A stretch of DNA of 64,000 nt from Leptolyngbyaceae cyanobacterium (GTDB lineage: Bacteria; Cyanobacteriota; Cyanobacteriia; Phormidesmidales; Phormidesmidaceae): NCBI GenBank assembly GCA_965263355.1, contig CBDHHL010000032.1, forward strand, positions 1,344,001-1,408,000. Reading direction: 5' to 3'. Positions 53,505-63,260 of the stretch are shown here, in pieces (the first letter of the stretch is position 1; the number at the start of each line of letters is the position of its first letter). Position numbers and translations under genes: made by a program. Below the pieces are notes generated by a model. That model was not told where the DNA came from and made no database searches. It worked only from the letters and a program-made list of their open reading frames with translations.

Positions 53505-54479
53505 TTAGCCTAATTCGATTAATTCCCTAGCCAATTCAATTGATTCATTATCAAGTCTCGATTTATTCCTGCTAAGGATATAGACCAATGCTTTATGATT
53601 GAGATTCTCCCGAAAAATACGCTTCATGGTGCTGATTCTTGTTTGAATTGAGCTGTAGGTGTATAAGCCAATCGGAATTACATTCAACAAGTCTTTACCA
53701 TTTGCGTATGCCTCGTAGTAATCAATAAAGAATTTTTTACCCATTTTACCCAAAAGGCTTTCAAGAAGTATTTGTTCATCTTCAGAAATAGAAATCTCTT
53801 CTCGTTGTTGCTCGATACCCTCTCGCGTCAAAAACGAAATGCTATGTGCAAGCCCATTATCTTGGCTTTTTCCCAGAAAGAATAGATGCCTAAATTCTTC
53901 GATTTCTGGGATTTCAGGAGCAAGCTGGCCATAAAAGTTATAAATGGAAACACATTTTCGCTGGATTGATTCCTTAACTATTTTGACAACGGGATGCGAT
54001 TCTGGGTCTTTATCCATCAAATAATTGAAATGGGCTGGAATTAAGACAACATTCCATAGCGAAGAAAAGAACAGCGGATGAGAAGCGAGCCCCCATACAT
54101 GAGAGATAATGTAGTTCTTTACTGTACTATTTTTGCCTGCACTGATAGTTTGACCCAGATATTTTTTTATTGAGCGTCTGTTCTCGTGATTACCATCATT
54201 GTCAATCTTAATGTTGAATGACGGGTAAGCGTTTAAACGTGCTTCATTAGATCTAGTTACCGCAATAGCCTCGGCTTTGTTCTTAACATCTAAAGCATCA
54301 TGATGGGATGGAGAGTATCTAATAGGAAATTTTCCACCAGTTTTATACAGCTTAATCATTTCCTGAATTCTTAACTGAACGATCTCTGGAGGAATGAACA
54401 AAGTACTTTCCAGAAATGCTTTCAAAAAATCATTTTGACTTCTGTAAAGTGAAACGAGCTGATCTATCCCATCAATCAT
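53505..54479 (-). CDS. Hypothetical cassette-borne protein, possible His-Me/HNH-like nuclease
   Basis: AT-rich 324-aa ORF with GGAGAAG RBS; SHVWG..HP.FFSSLWNVVLIPAHFN.LMD motif. Confidence 0.6.
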   Translation of the reverse strand: MIDGIDQLVSLYRSQNDFLKAFLESTLFIPPEIVQLRIQEMIKLYKTGGKFPIRYSPSHHDALDVKNKAEAIAVTRSNEARLNAYPSFNIKIDNDGNHENRRSIKKYLGQTISAGKNSTVKNYIISHVWGLASHPLFFSSLWNVVLIPAHFNYLMDKDPESHPVVKIVKESIQRKCVSIYNFYGQLAPEIPEIEEFRHLFFLGKSQDNGLAHSISFLTREGIEQQREEISISEDEQILLESLLGKMGKKFFIDYYEAYANGKDLLNVIPIGLYTYSSIQTRISTMKRIFRENLNHKALVYILSRNKSRLDNESIELARELIELG

Positions 54480-54608
54480 ATTTACTTCTCCAAGTCAGGC
54501 CTTTAGTGTCCGTTAATTTCCTTTGTAGAGATGCCTATTCACTCTAAAGTTGCCCAGATATAGGAGTAGATCTTTCGGCAATAGCCCAGCAGTCGGGTAA
54601 GGAAACAT

Positions 54609-55893
54609 TGTAGTGACCCCCAAAATTAGGACAAAATTAGGACAGGACTGAGAGAGCGTAAGCTAGAGTCCAATAGGGGGAAAGAATATGGCCAGCAAAC
54701 CAAGAAACTACAGTAGCGAATTTAAGGCAAAAGTCGTGCTGGAGATCGTCAGCGGCCAACGGAGTGTGAGCGAAGCCAGTCGAGTTCATAAAGTCCATAC
54801 GTCAGTGATAATCGTTGGCGTAATGAATTTCTTAAACAAGCGCACTTAGCGTTTGGCGGCAAAGGAGGAGACAATACATCAGCCGAGCGAATAGCCGAAT
54901 TGGAACGAATGGTGGGGCGCTTAACGATGGAGTTAGCGGTGGCAAAAAAAGCTTCAGACTTGTGGAATCTGAGCGGAAACGAGTCATGATTGAGCAGTTG
55001 AAAGCCGACTATCCGATCCAGGTCATCTGTGATGTGATTGGTTACAGTCGCAGTCGGTATTACTATCAGACAAAATCAGACAACAAAACACAAGAGGAGG
55101 AACTGAAAAAAGCGATCATCAATGTGGGGGGTCGTTATCCTACCTATGGTTACCGACGGATTACCAAACAATTGCAACGAGAGGGATGACGGGTTAATCA
55201 CAAACGTATCAGCCGATTAATGAGAGAATTAGGACTTCTTGCCAAGCGACGAGTAGGTCGGAAACGAACAACGAATAGTGTGCATGGCTATAAGCGGTAT
55301 CCTAATCTGGTCAAGGGGTTGGTCGTAGAGCGTCCAGAGCAGGCATGGGTGGGCGACATAACCTATATTCGATTGAAGGATGAATTTGTTTATTTAGCGG
55401 TTTTAATGGATGTATTTACCCGCAGCATTCGAGGCTGGCACTTGGATAGAACAATGGAGAAACAATTAACGATAACAGCCTTGGAGAAAGGACTGAACCA
55501 GTATATTCCCGAGATTCACCATTCAGACGAAGGGGTGCAATACGCTGCTAATGCTTATGTTCATCTATTGGAGGAGAATGAGATAGCGATTAGTATGACG
55601 GGTGTCGGCAAAGCCTATGAGAATGGCTTTGCTGAACGACTGATGAGAACAATTAAAGAAGAGGAGGTTGACTTATCGGACTATCGCAACTTTAATGAGG
55701 TGTATAACAGAATAGAAGAGTTTTTAGATGAGGTGTATATGAAGAAGAGAATTCACTCTTCTTTGGGCTATTTGACACCGAGTGAATTTGAAGCGAAGTG
55801 GAGGAAGAAAACCTGAATTGTCTCAGATTGATACATGTCAGTCTAGACTTGCTGTGAACTAATTTTACTGTCCAAGATTAGGGGGTCACTTCA
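54609..55893 (+). mobile_element. IS3-family insertion sequence, inactivated
   Basis: TG...CA ends with IRs TGTAGTGACCCCCAAAATTAGGACA / TGAAGTGACCCCCTAATCTTGGACA; orfB motifs WVGDITY, HHSDEG, ENGFAER, HSSLGYLTP. Confidence 0.93.
54688..55816 (+). pseudogene. IS3 transposase orfAB with a frameshift in orfA and an in-frame TGA in orfB
   Basis: YSSEFKAKVVLE, shifting frame near 54810; TGA at 55187-55189 within YGYRRIT..LQREG*RVNHKRI. Confidence 0.85.
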
Positions 55894-56031
55894 AATCTGC
55901 TTGCAAGTAAACCTGTACTACTATGAAGGGAGCAGGGAACGGGGATGGCGATTCGAAATTTACGTCAACAGCTGGAGGATTAAAGTGAAGGAAAGGCAGG
56001 AAAAAGAGAAAGCAGAATAGTTGAGATATCA

Positions 56032-56714
56032 TCATAGCAAGATTCTATATTCAAGCGTATGATGCCTCAGAAATAGTCTGTAGTTATGCCTAACCCAGTC
56101 CTCACGGTATATATGCTGCTCATTTGTTAAATAATATTTATAATCTAGCCTAGCTTCAGATTCAGACCTACGTGTCTCCTGTTGAGTGTTGACTATAGGA
56201 ATTGATTTACACATTAAGGCTTCATAAAAACGCATACTCCAAAGTTCATCGCCTCCTGGGCATAACGTAAATTTACTTCTGCACAATGTCTGAAAATAAT
56301 TTCCATCAAAAAAATTCTCTGTTTTATAGGATTCTCCTTAGGGACAAAGCCCTTTTTCTTAAGAGTAAAATCAAAATTGCCCATCACTTTATAATTCTCT
56401 TTTGTGTTCTTGTCTGTAAATTGTAAGTAGGATGAGTCGGTGAATTTACTTTCAATAAATCCTATGATCCACTGTCTATTCAATTGAGTCTTTCTATCTG
56501 TTTTGTAGCCGCCAATAAAGCAATAATCTATCGTCTTCTCAAAATCAAATTGCTCAATACGCTTATAAAAACGTCGAGGATACAGAGCAAACTCTTTATA
56601 GTAACCGCCTCTAAGTCTATCTTTTAAGTGGCTGAAAGCACGAAATATAAGATTCTTCTCATCTCTAGACTCGCAGTACCACATTCTTAGCTTAGAAGGA
56701 AAGTCTGCTTTCAT
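56032..56714 (-). pseudogene. Exostosin/GT47-like glycosyltransferase, split by a 1-nt frameshift
   Basis: IDYCFIG in the first frame; SKFTLCPGGD..WSMRFYEALMCKSIP in the second; the shift lies next to a T7 run (56308-56314). Confidence 0.7.
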
Positions 56715-56809
56715 AATGGCCTTTACTACTAAAAGTTATACAAGTTTTATTTACTAGTACCATACTATAGCTATTGATAATCTTTTTAGTACTATCTCAC
56801 ACCATAAAC

Positions 56810-57403
56810 TTACTTCTTACCTTCTAACTCTTCAGGAAGTTTAAACCCACCTGGAAGAACCTTTGGAAAATCGCAATCTGGAATAGGTTTTTCTAAGAAC
56901 GGGCATAATTTTTCCCATCCCTCACCTGCTGTTATAGAGATTACTAAGAGATCACTATCCCGACCACGAAAGTAATTGCGAACATTGTATTCATGACAAT
57001 CATAGATGTAGGAAAATTGTGCCTCATTGAAAAAAACAACCCCATAAGCAGCGAGTTGTGTTTGATCATAGAATGAAGCTGCATTATCTAGCCTTTCCTT
57101 TTGATGAAAAAATTTTCTACAACTATTTAGCCAGTCAGACTTGTTTCGAGTGGTTAAGATGAACTTTGATCCTGGGTATCTGCCATCAAGTGCAGGATAG
57201 AATGCCCCTATGGGCAGATCTGTTACAGCATCAAAATTAGCAATATAGTCATATGAGAAATCTCCTTCAAACCACTTAGATAACCCTTGCCTTCGCAAGT
57301 GTCGATATGTTCCGGATCGATAACCTAGTATATGTAAGGCTGCAAACAGTGAGGTAGTGCCTGTCTTAGATAGGCCAATCCCAAAAATCTTTTGATTTTC
57401 CAT
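56810..57403 (-). CDS. Sulfotransferase-family protein (Sulfotransfer_4 type)
   Basis: KIFGIGLSKTGTTSL; DAVTDLP; YPGSKFILTTR...WLNS; GEGWEKLCPFL. Confidence 0.88.
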   Translation of the reverse strand: MENQKIFGIGLSKTGTTSLFAALHILGYRSGTYRHLRRQGLSKWFEGDFSYDYIANFDAVTDLPIGAFYPALDGRYPGSKFILTTRNKSDWLNSCRKFFHQKERLDNAASFYDQTQLAAYGVVFFNEAQFSYIYDCHEYNVRNYFRGRDSDLLVISITAGEGWEKLCPFLEKPIPDCDFPKVLPGGFKLPEELEGKK

Positions 57404-57617
57404 AATAATTGTTTTCTTAATCAAAAATTGTCGATAGCAACGAGAGACCAGCTATGATATCAGCTAATAACTGAAGGCTTGAGCTAAATTGGTATTCACC
57501 CGAAAGTTCATCAAATTGAACCAAACTGCATCGTGCCAGAGGACAACCAATTTATCCGTTTCGAGAAAAAAATAATTATATCCAGTTCTACAGTTGATCT
57601 AAAATCAGTGGCAAAGT

Positions 57618-58010
57618 TTAGAACTTATCACTGTGGTCCCGATAGTAAAACTCCCGAGTAAAGAAATTAGGCTGACTTCGATCTTTGACTTGATGAAAAG
57701 CTACAACACTCCAAAGACCTCTCGCTAAATCTGCTGCTAAACAAGACTTAAGCTGAGGTCGATCATAAACAGCATAAAATGCCTTCTCGCCAACATTATC
57801 TAGAAAGGGCATCAAGACCGTCTCACCCCAGTCTTCACCTAATCCTGCCCGAGAAACATGAATAATTAAACCCTCGTCTCGTTGAGCTAAGCTAAATGCC
57901 TGAATCCCCTGACTTTTAGGATTGAAGTTTACCCATTTACCCAACTCAGGGGTAAAATCAACCGTCATACCTGCCTGGGGTTCAATGCCATAGACCTCTT
58001 GTCGTTCCAT
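57618..58010 (-). CDS. Uncharacterised domain protein (type B copy)
   Basis: GKWVN...EDWGE...AFYAVYD...GLW...NFFTREFYYR; GGAGA RBS before ATG 58010. Confidence 0.7.
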   Translation of the reverse strand: MERQEVYGIEPQAGMTVDFTPELGKWVNFNPKSQGIQAFSLAQRDEGLIIHVSRAGLGEDWGETVLMPFLDNVGEKAFYAVYDRPQLKSCLAADLARGLWSVVAFHQVKDRSQPNFFTREFYYRDHSDKF

Positions 58011-58011
58011 A

Positions 58012-58419
58012 CTATAGGCTTCTCCGAAAAAAATCGCGGGTATGGTGGGGGATGCGGCCACTGCCATCGTGGTAAGAAACATAGGAATAAATCACCAAAA
58101 TTCCTAGCTTCTGGTTAGCTGCTAAATTAACACGCACCCCATCTAACTCATAACAAGTAGAAAAACCATTGGCAACTAACGCCTGTCCCATCACATAGGG
58201 GAGCGCCTCAATCTCACCCCAGTCTATGGGCTCTGGGGTATTTGCACCATAGCTTCTTATTAAGAGAGATGTGTCCTGACTTCTGAGGGTTGTTCGTACA
58301 ATATAGCGGCTATGCCCCTGTAGATTTATCCAGTCTCCCACCAATGGAGAAAGATTCAATTGTGTGGTTTCTGAGGGCCGTTGATCGGCTTTCATGTAGC
58401 AAGAATAGGAAGTCATCAA
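58012..58419 (-). CDS. Uncharacterised domain protein (type A copy)
   Basis: PLVGDWIN...YGANTPEPIDWGE...DGSGR.HHTRDFFRR. Confidence 0.75.
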   Translation of the reverse strand: MMTSYSCYMKADQRPSETTQLNLSPLVGDWINLQGHSRYIVRTTLRSQDTSLLIRSYGANTPEPIDWGEIEALPYVMGQALVANGFSTCYELDGVRVNLAANQKLGILVIYSYVSYHDGSGRIPHHTRDFFRRSL

Positions 58420-58423
58420 ATGT

Positions 58424-59200
58424 TTACTTTGTGGATGTGTCTACGCAACAGAAAAACTCTCGACGCAGAAAGTTTGGTTGAGATAACGCTGAGTCGCTTA
58501 CATAGTGCGTTGCCAATATCCATAGACCTTTGTTGGTGTTAGCGGCTATATACAGTTTATGGGTATCAAACTCATAGTCTGCTAAAAATGCTCGCTCTCC
58601 TTTGGCATCAATAAATGGAGTGGCTTCAACTTCTCCCCAATCTTCTGGTGCTAACATCCCTTGGGGATGAAAAAGGAGTTGCTGCTGGAGTTGTCTGAGG
58701 GTAAACTGTCGAATTCCCTGGCTATCGGGTTTAGAATTTTCCCAGGTGCCAAGAACAGACTTAAAGTCGATAAAGTCTGATGTATCCAATATTGAACGAC
58801 GAAAAAATTCACGGGAAAAATGGTTTGTTCGTCCACTATCGTCTAAATAGCGAGTATTCACCATAATTTCCACTATGCTGCCCATAAAGCGACCCGAAAA
58901 ATGAATCTCGGTAGTCTCAAAACAATAGGTTGCCTGAAACCCACTAATTTGGGTGGACGCACTTGAAATGTAGGGGGTTATCTCCACTTCTCCCCAGTCA
59001 ATGGGATTTGGATCATTGGCTCCGTAAGTCCTTAACCACAGGCAACCATTTTCTGTTCTAAAGGCTATCTTAACAAGATACTGGGTCTCATCATTGACAT
59101 TTAACCAGCTGCCAATCAAGGGTTTGATATCAATTGCAGGGGCAATCAATGCTTGCCGATCAGCTTGCATGTAGACATTAAAAGATGAATTATGTTGCAT
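58424..59200 (-). CDS. Uncharacterised two-domain protein (A-B fusion)
   Basis: PLIGSWLN..YGANDPNPIDWGE..DDSGR.NHFSREFFRR plus LGTWEN..EDWGE..GLW..NFLRREFF. Alternative start 59221. Confidence 0.75.
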   Translation of the reverse strand: MQHNSSFNVYMQADRQALIAPAIDIKPLIGSWLNVNDETQYLVKIAFRTENGCLWLRTYGANDPNPIDWGEVEITPYISSASTQISGFQATYCFETTEIHFSGRFMGSIVEIMVNTRYLDDSGRTNHFSREFFRRSILDTSDFIDFKSVLGTWENSKPDSQGIRQFTLRQLQQQLLFHPQGMLAPEDWGEVEATPFIDAKGERAFLADYEFDTHKLYIAANTNKGLWILATHYVSDSALSQPNFLRREFFCCVDTSTK

Positions 59201-59226
59201 AGCGTCACCATAAAAGAGCATCTAGA

Positions 59227-60042
59227 TCAGCAACGTTGGCCTTTTACATAGGCGGCTGTAATTGGATTTTGCGGACTTTCAAAGATCTGTTCTGTGGGAC
59301 CCGCTTCGATCAGCTGACCTCGACCAGATTGCACCCAAAAAACGCCAACATAATCTGCAATCCGCCTTGCTTGAGCAAGATTATGGGTAACAATTACCAC
59401 AGTATAGTCTCCCCGCAGACCAACAATAAGATCTTCCACAGCACCACTGGAAATAGGATCAAGAGCACTGCAAGGCTCATCCATTAGCAATACCTCAGGG
59501 TGTAGGGCCAAAGTACGCGCAATACATAGCCGTTGTTTTTGCCCTCCTGAAAGCCTTAAGGCAGAAGTCTTCAAACGATCACTAACCTCATCCCAAAGTT
59601 GAACATCACATAATACCCGATGTACTATCTTGTTGATCTCATCACGATTCTTGACCCCATGCTCTTTTAAGGGAAAAGCAATATTGCGCCAGATAGAAAA
59701 GGGAAATGGATTGGGTTTTTGTAAAATCATCCCCACCCGTCGCCGCAGGGCAATGGTATCTGTTTTAGGATGGAGAATATCTAAATCTTCGAGATAAACC
59801 TTGCCCGAAACCTGGCAGCCAGGGGTCAAATCCGTAAGACGATTTAGGCAGTTGAGAAAACTTGTTTTCCCACACCCGGATGGACCAATGAGGGCTGTAA
59901 TTCTGCCTTTAGGAATGGAAAATGTAATATTTTCTAAGGTAAGTTTAGAGCCATATGATAGACAAAGACGTTCTGTAACAAGATATGCCGAAGGCGTGGT
60001 AGATTTGGTTCGGCTGAGTTTTGGTGTGGATAGTTTATGCAT
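59227..60042 (-). CDS. pstB: Phosphate ABC transporter ATP-binding protein
   Basis: GPSGCGKT; QKPNPF; LSGGQKQRLCIAR; DEPCSALDP; VTHNLAQA. Confidence 0.92.
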   Translation of the reverse strand: MHKLSTPKLSRTKSTTPSAYLVTERLCLSYGSKLTLENITFSIPKGRITALIGPSGCGKTSFLNCLNRLTDLTPGCQVSGKVYLEDLDILHPKTDTIALRRRVGMILQKPNPFPFSIWRNIAFPLKEHGVKNRDEINKIVHRVLCDVQLWDEVSDRLKTSALRLSGGQKQRLCIARTLALHPEVLLMDEPCSALDPISSGAVEDLIVGLRGDYTVVIVTHNLAQARRIADYVGVFWVQSGRGQLIEAGPTEQIFESPQNPITAAYVKGQRC

Positions 60043-60085
60043 CCTTATCCTGCAGCATATTGAGATAATATCTGATCAAATTGCT

Positions 60086-60964
60086 TTAAAGGTGAATACT
60101 ATGGCGGAGCCATTGATTGCCAATCCAGGTGGCGGTTCCATTGATTAAAAATAGGAGTAGTACCAATACCGTGGCAGCGGTGTAAGCATTGCGATCGCCC
60201 CCAGGCACATTCATACTTAAATCAAAGATATGGAGTGATAGGGAACGTCCTGAGTCCAATAGCGACGTGGGCAGCCGATCAACATAGCCACTGGTATAGA
60301 TCAAAGCAGCCGTTTCAGCAACTGCCCGACCAAGGCCTAGAATAAAGCCCGCTACAAGACTTGGCATGGCAGCTGGTAAGAGTAATTGAATCAGGGTACT
60401 CGTTCGAGAAATTCCCAGGGATGCTGCACCAAAACGATACTCCCTTGGAATCGCACATAGCCCTTCTTCAATTGACCGGATCAGGATAGGCAAAACCATA
60501 CAGGCCAGCGTTAACCCTCCCGACAAAATAGAAAATCCCATACCCAGCAGGACAGAAAAAAAGGCATTCCCAAAAAGGCCAAAGACAATCGACGGCACCC
60601 CTGCCAACATATCTAAGCTACGACGAACTAAACGACCAAACCAATGATTGGGCTCCGTAAATTCAGACAATAAAATGGCTGTGCCCAGCCCTAACGGCAG
60701 AGAAACCCCTAAACAAACCCCAAGCAAAAGCAGCGTAGATACCAGAATGGGACCAATACCCCCGGAACGCCCTGCATCTTCTGGGGCAGCCGTTAGAAAC
60801 GTCCAGGACAGATGTCTCAGACCATGCCAAAGAATATCGCCAATAATCCATCCCACAAAGATGACAACACTTAACGCAGTGAGCCAGGCACAAACGCCCA
60901 ATAGCTGGTCACGATAAGCCAACCTTTGCCGATGATTGGAAACCTGGAGAGCATTTAGATGCAT
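60086..60964 (-). CDS. pstA: Phosphate ABC transporter permease PstA
   Basis: GGIGPILVST; LAGVPSIVFGLFG; GRAVAETAALIYT. Confidence 0.92.
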   Translation of the reverse strand: MHLNALQVSNHRQRLAYRDQLLGVCAWLTALSVVIFVGWIIGDILWHGLRHLSWTFLTAAPEDAGRSGGIGPILVSTLLLLGVCLGVSLPLGLGTAILLSEFTEPNHWFGRLVRRSLDMLAGVPSIVFGLFGNAFFSVLLGMGFSILSGGLTLACMVLPILIRSIEEGLCAIPREYRFGAASLGISRTSTLIQLLLPAAMPSLVAGFILGLGRAVAETAALIYTSGYVDRLPTSLLDSGRSLSLHIFDLSMNVPGGDRNAYTAATVLVLLLFLINGTATWIGNQWLRHSIHL

Positions 60965-60979
60965 TGGATTACCTGTGTA

Positions 60980-61858
60980 TTAATCATAAATTTCTCCTTC
61001 GGCAATCGTCTCTGCTAATAATGCCAAACCTAAACTAATGCCCATCAACAGCAAACCGCTGACAAACAGTGCTGCCCGATGCTGGTTCAGAGCAAAGGCC
61101 ATTTCCAATGCAATATTAGCGGGTAAGGTACGGATAGGATCAAATAATGATGTAGGAATTTGGGGAATATTACCGCAGACCATCAACATAATGATAGTTT
61201 CTCCCAATGCGCGCCCCGTTCCTAACAAAATACCTGTAAACAGACCCACGCGAGCTGACGGGACAATCACGCCCCAAATTGTGCCCCAGCGAGAGAATCC
61301 CAATGCTGCCGTATCTTGCCAATAGGTTTGTCTGACTTCAACCAGATTGGCATCAAACGTTAGCGTAATAGTAGGGAGAATGAGAATAGCCAATAATAAA
61401 ATCCCTGCTAGTAAACTACTGCCAGGGGGATGCAAGTGATTGATCATAGGGACCACGACCACCAGCCCCCAAAATCCATACACAACGCCGGGAATTCCAG
61501 CCAATACCTTTAGAAGATTCCGATAAAACGTGGCTATCGGTCCTGGAGCATAATAATTACAGAATAACCCCGATAAAATCCCTATGGGAATGGCTAGTAA
61601 TACTGCACCAATCACGACGGCCAATGTTCCAATAATCATAGGCGTCATTTGATAGAGGTTTTGAGAGGGTTGCCAGGTACTATCACTCAAAAACCGTAAC
61701 CAATTGACCGATTGTAAAAGGGGCCAGGCCTCCCAGAGTAAAAAAAAGGTAATGAAAACAACTAAAGCGCCAACTAGAACTGCAATAGTCCGCAATATCC
61801 AAACTAGAATCTCATCAGTTCTTTGGGGAAACAAAGCCTTGCTTCTCAATAAGATCAT
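60980..61858 (-). CDS. pstC: Phosphate ABC transporter permease PstC
   Basis: LAGIPGVVYGFWGL; GRALGET; HRAALF. Confidence 0.92.
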   Translation of the reverse strand: MILLRSKALFPQRTDEILVWILRTIAVLVGALVVFITFFLLWEAWPLLQSVNWLRFLSDSTWQPSQNLYQMTPMIIGTLAVVIGAVLLAIPIGILSGLFCNYYAPGPIATFYRNLLKVLAGIPGVVYGFWGLVVVVPMINHLHPPGSSLLAGILLLAILILPTITLTFDANLVEVRQTYWQDTAALGFSRWGTIWGVIVPSARVGLFTGILLGTGRALGETIIMLMVCGNIPQIPTSLFDPIRTLPANIALEMAFALNQHRAALFVSGLLLMGISLGLALLAETIAEGEIYD

Positions 61859-62657
61859 GGTTATTTTCCGCCAGGACAAAGTCTATAAATTGCTGTGCTA
61901 AGGGCATTGGGTCACTATTAGTAATCAAATTCAACTCTCGAAGTAACGGAAATGTACCATTGGCAACATTATTAGTCGTGGGTTGAATTCCGTCTAACGT
62001 TAAAGATTTGATCGGTACGCCTTGCTGAGCATCGTATTCTGCAGAACCGATGGATACATAGCCAATGGCATTGGGATTTCCGGCAATTGTTTTAATCCCC
62101 TGTTGATTGTCACCAATGATTACATCTGCTTGCATAGAGCCATTGTCCAAACCTAGGTACTCTAAAAAGAGAGCGAGGGTAGAATGCCCTTCTGCTTTGT
62201 GAACTACCGTAATGGCAGCGTCGTTCCCTCCCAAGTCCTGCCAGTTATTGATTTTATCTGTGTAAATGGCTTGAACTTGAGCTTTAGAAATTTCAGTAAT
62301 GGGGTTATCAGCATGAACAATGATACTGATCCCGTCCATCGCGATGAGAAAAACCTGCAGGTTAGCCTCTTCTTGCGGCGTCAACTGACGAGACACCATG
62401 CCAATATCTGCCAGCCCCTGTTGAGTGTCAACCACCCCTCGCGTTGATCCCCCGGTATGGACATCAACCCGAATTTGAGGATTTTGAGCCTCAAAGCGCT
62501 TGCCCATCGTTATCGCTAGGGGAGAGATCGTACTTGCCCCAGTCAGCGTCAGCTTTTGGAGAGAGGCCTCTGCTTCAGATGACGGCTTAGCACAGGCTTG
62601 TGTCGACAAGCAAAGTAGCATTCCCAAGCTTATCCAGCGCAGTAGAGCAGATTTCAT
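61815..62657 (-). CDS. pstS: Phosphate ABC transporter substrate-binding lipoprotein
   Basis: Lipobox TQAC; LTGASTISP; GGSTRG; ADIGMVSR; IAMDGI; PNAIGYVS. Confidence 0.88.
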   Translation of the reverse strand: MKSALLRWISLGMLLCLSTQACAKPSSEAEASLQKLTLTGASTISPLAITMGKRFEAQNPQIRVDVHTGGSTRGVVDTQQGLADIGMVSRQLTPQEEANLQVFLIAMDGISIIVHADNPITEISKAQVQAIYTDKINNWQDLGGNDAAITVVHKAEGHSTLALFLEYLGLDNGSMQADVIIGDNQQGIKTIAGNPNAIGYVSIGSAEYDAQQGVPIKSLTLDGIQPTTNNVANGTFPLLRELNLITNSDPMPLAQQFIDFVLAENNHDLIEKQGFVSPKN

Positions 62658-63260
62658 GACATTACAAGTGATATTACAAGCACAGATTTCATGACATCAA
62701 GAGATGACGGCTATACTCAATAAACCTAGCCTGTGCCCAGAACCATCGTTTGCTTATAAAGACAACCAAAGGTTGAAATCTGGGCGCAGATTAACATACT
62801 CCTACCATTTACAACCGTTATGTACAAACGTTTGGCAATTTTTTGACTGAATTATAGGGCACATTTTAACAGTCAACCCTTAAGGTCAAAGCTGTCTAGA
62901 TGACAATCTTATTTTTTAAGAAAGTAAATTACTCACTTTTCTCACCTCCCTATGGCTTGCCACTAAAAGGTTTGATTTAGAAGACCATTTCTTAGTCTAT
63001 TTTTTTGCTAACCTAAGCGTTTATAAGATAAAACCTAAAAAAGGTGAGAAAAGTAGTCTATAGGAGAAAACTGGCTTGTGCGATTCCTATATAGCTATTA
63101 ATATCAAATGGCTCAGCATCACACCTTTTTTATTTAGGTTTAAATTAATTATTTGACTGAGTGTTAGCCGTTAACCTTGAGTGGAAGCGCACTAGAATTA
63201 CGGTTTCAATTTAATTTTAAGAACAATTAGGCTACCACTGAAAGTCATTGGGATTTCTAC

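Noticed and set aside
51840..57600. Additional attC sites or an integron integrase
   Set aside because: No second R''-L''...L'-R' structure found by eye (GTTATGCCTAAC near 56083 is intragenic with no arms); no tyrosine recombinase ORF.
62658..63260. Pho box upstream of pstS
   Set aside because: Only isolated TAACCT/AAACCT-like words; I could not find the 11-bp-period PyTTAAPyPy(T/A) tandem array.
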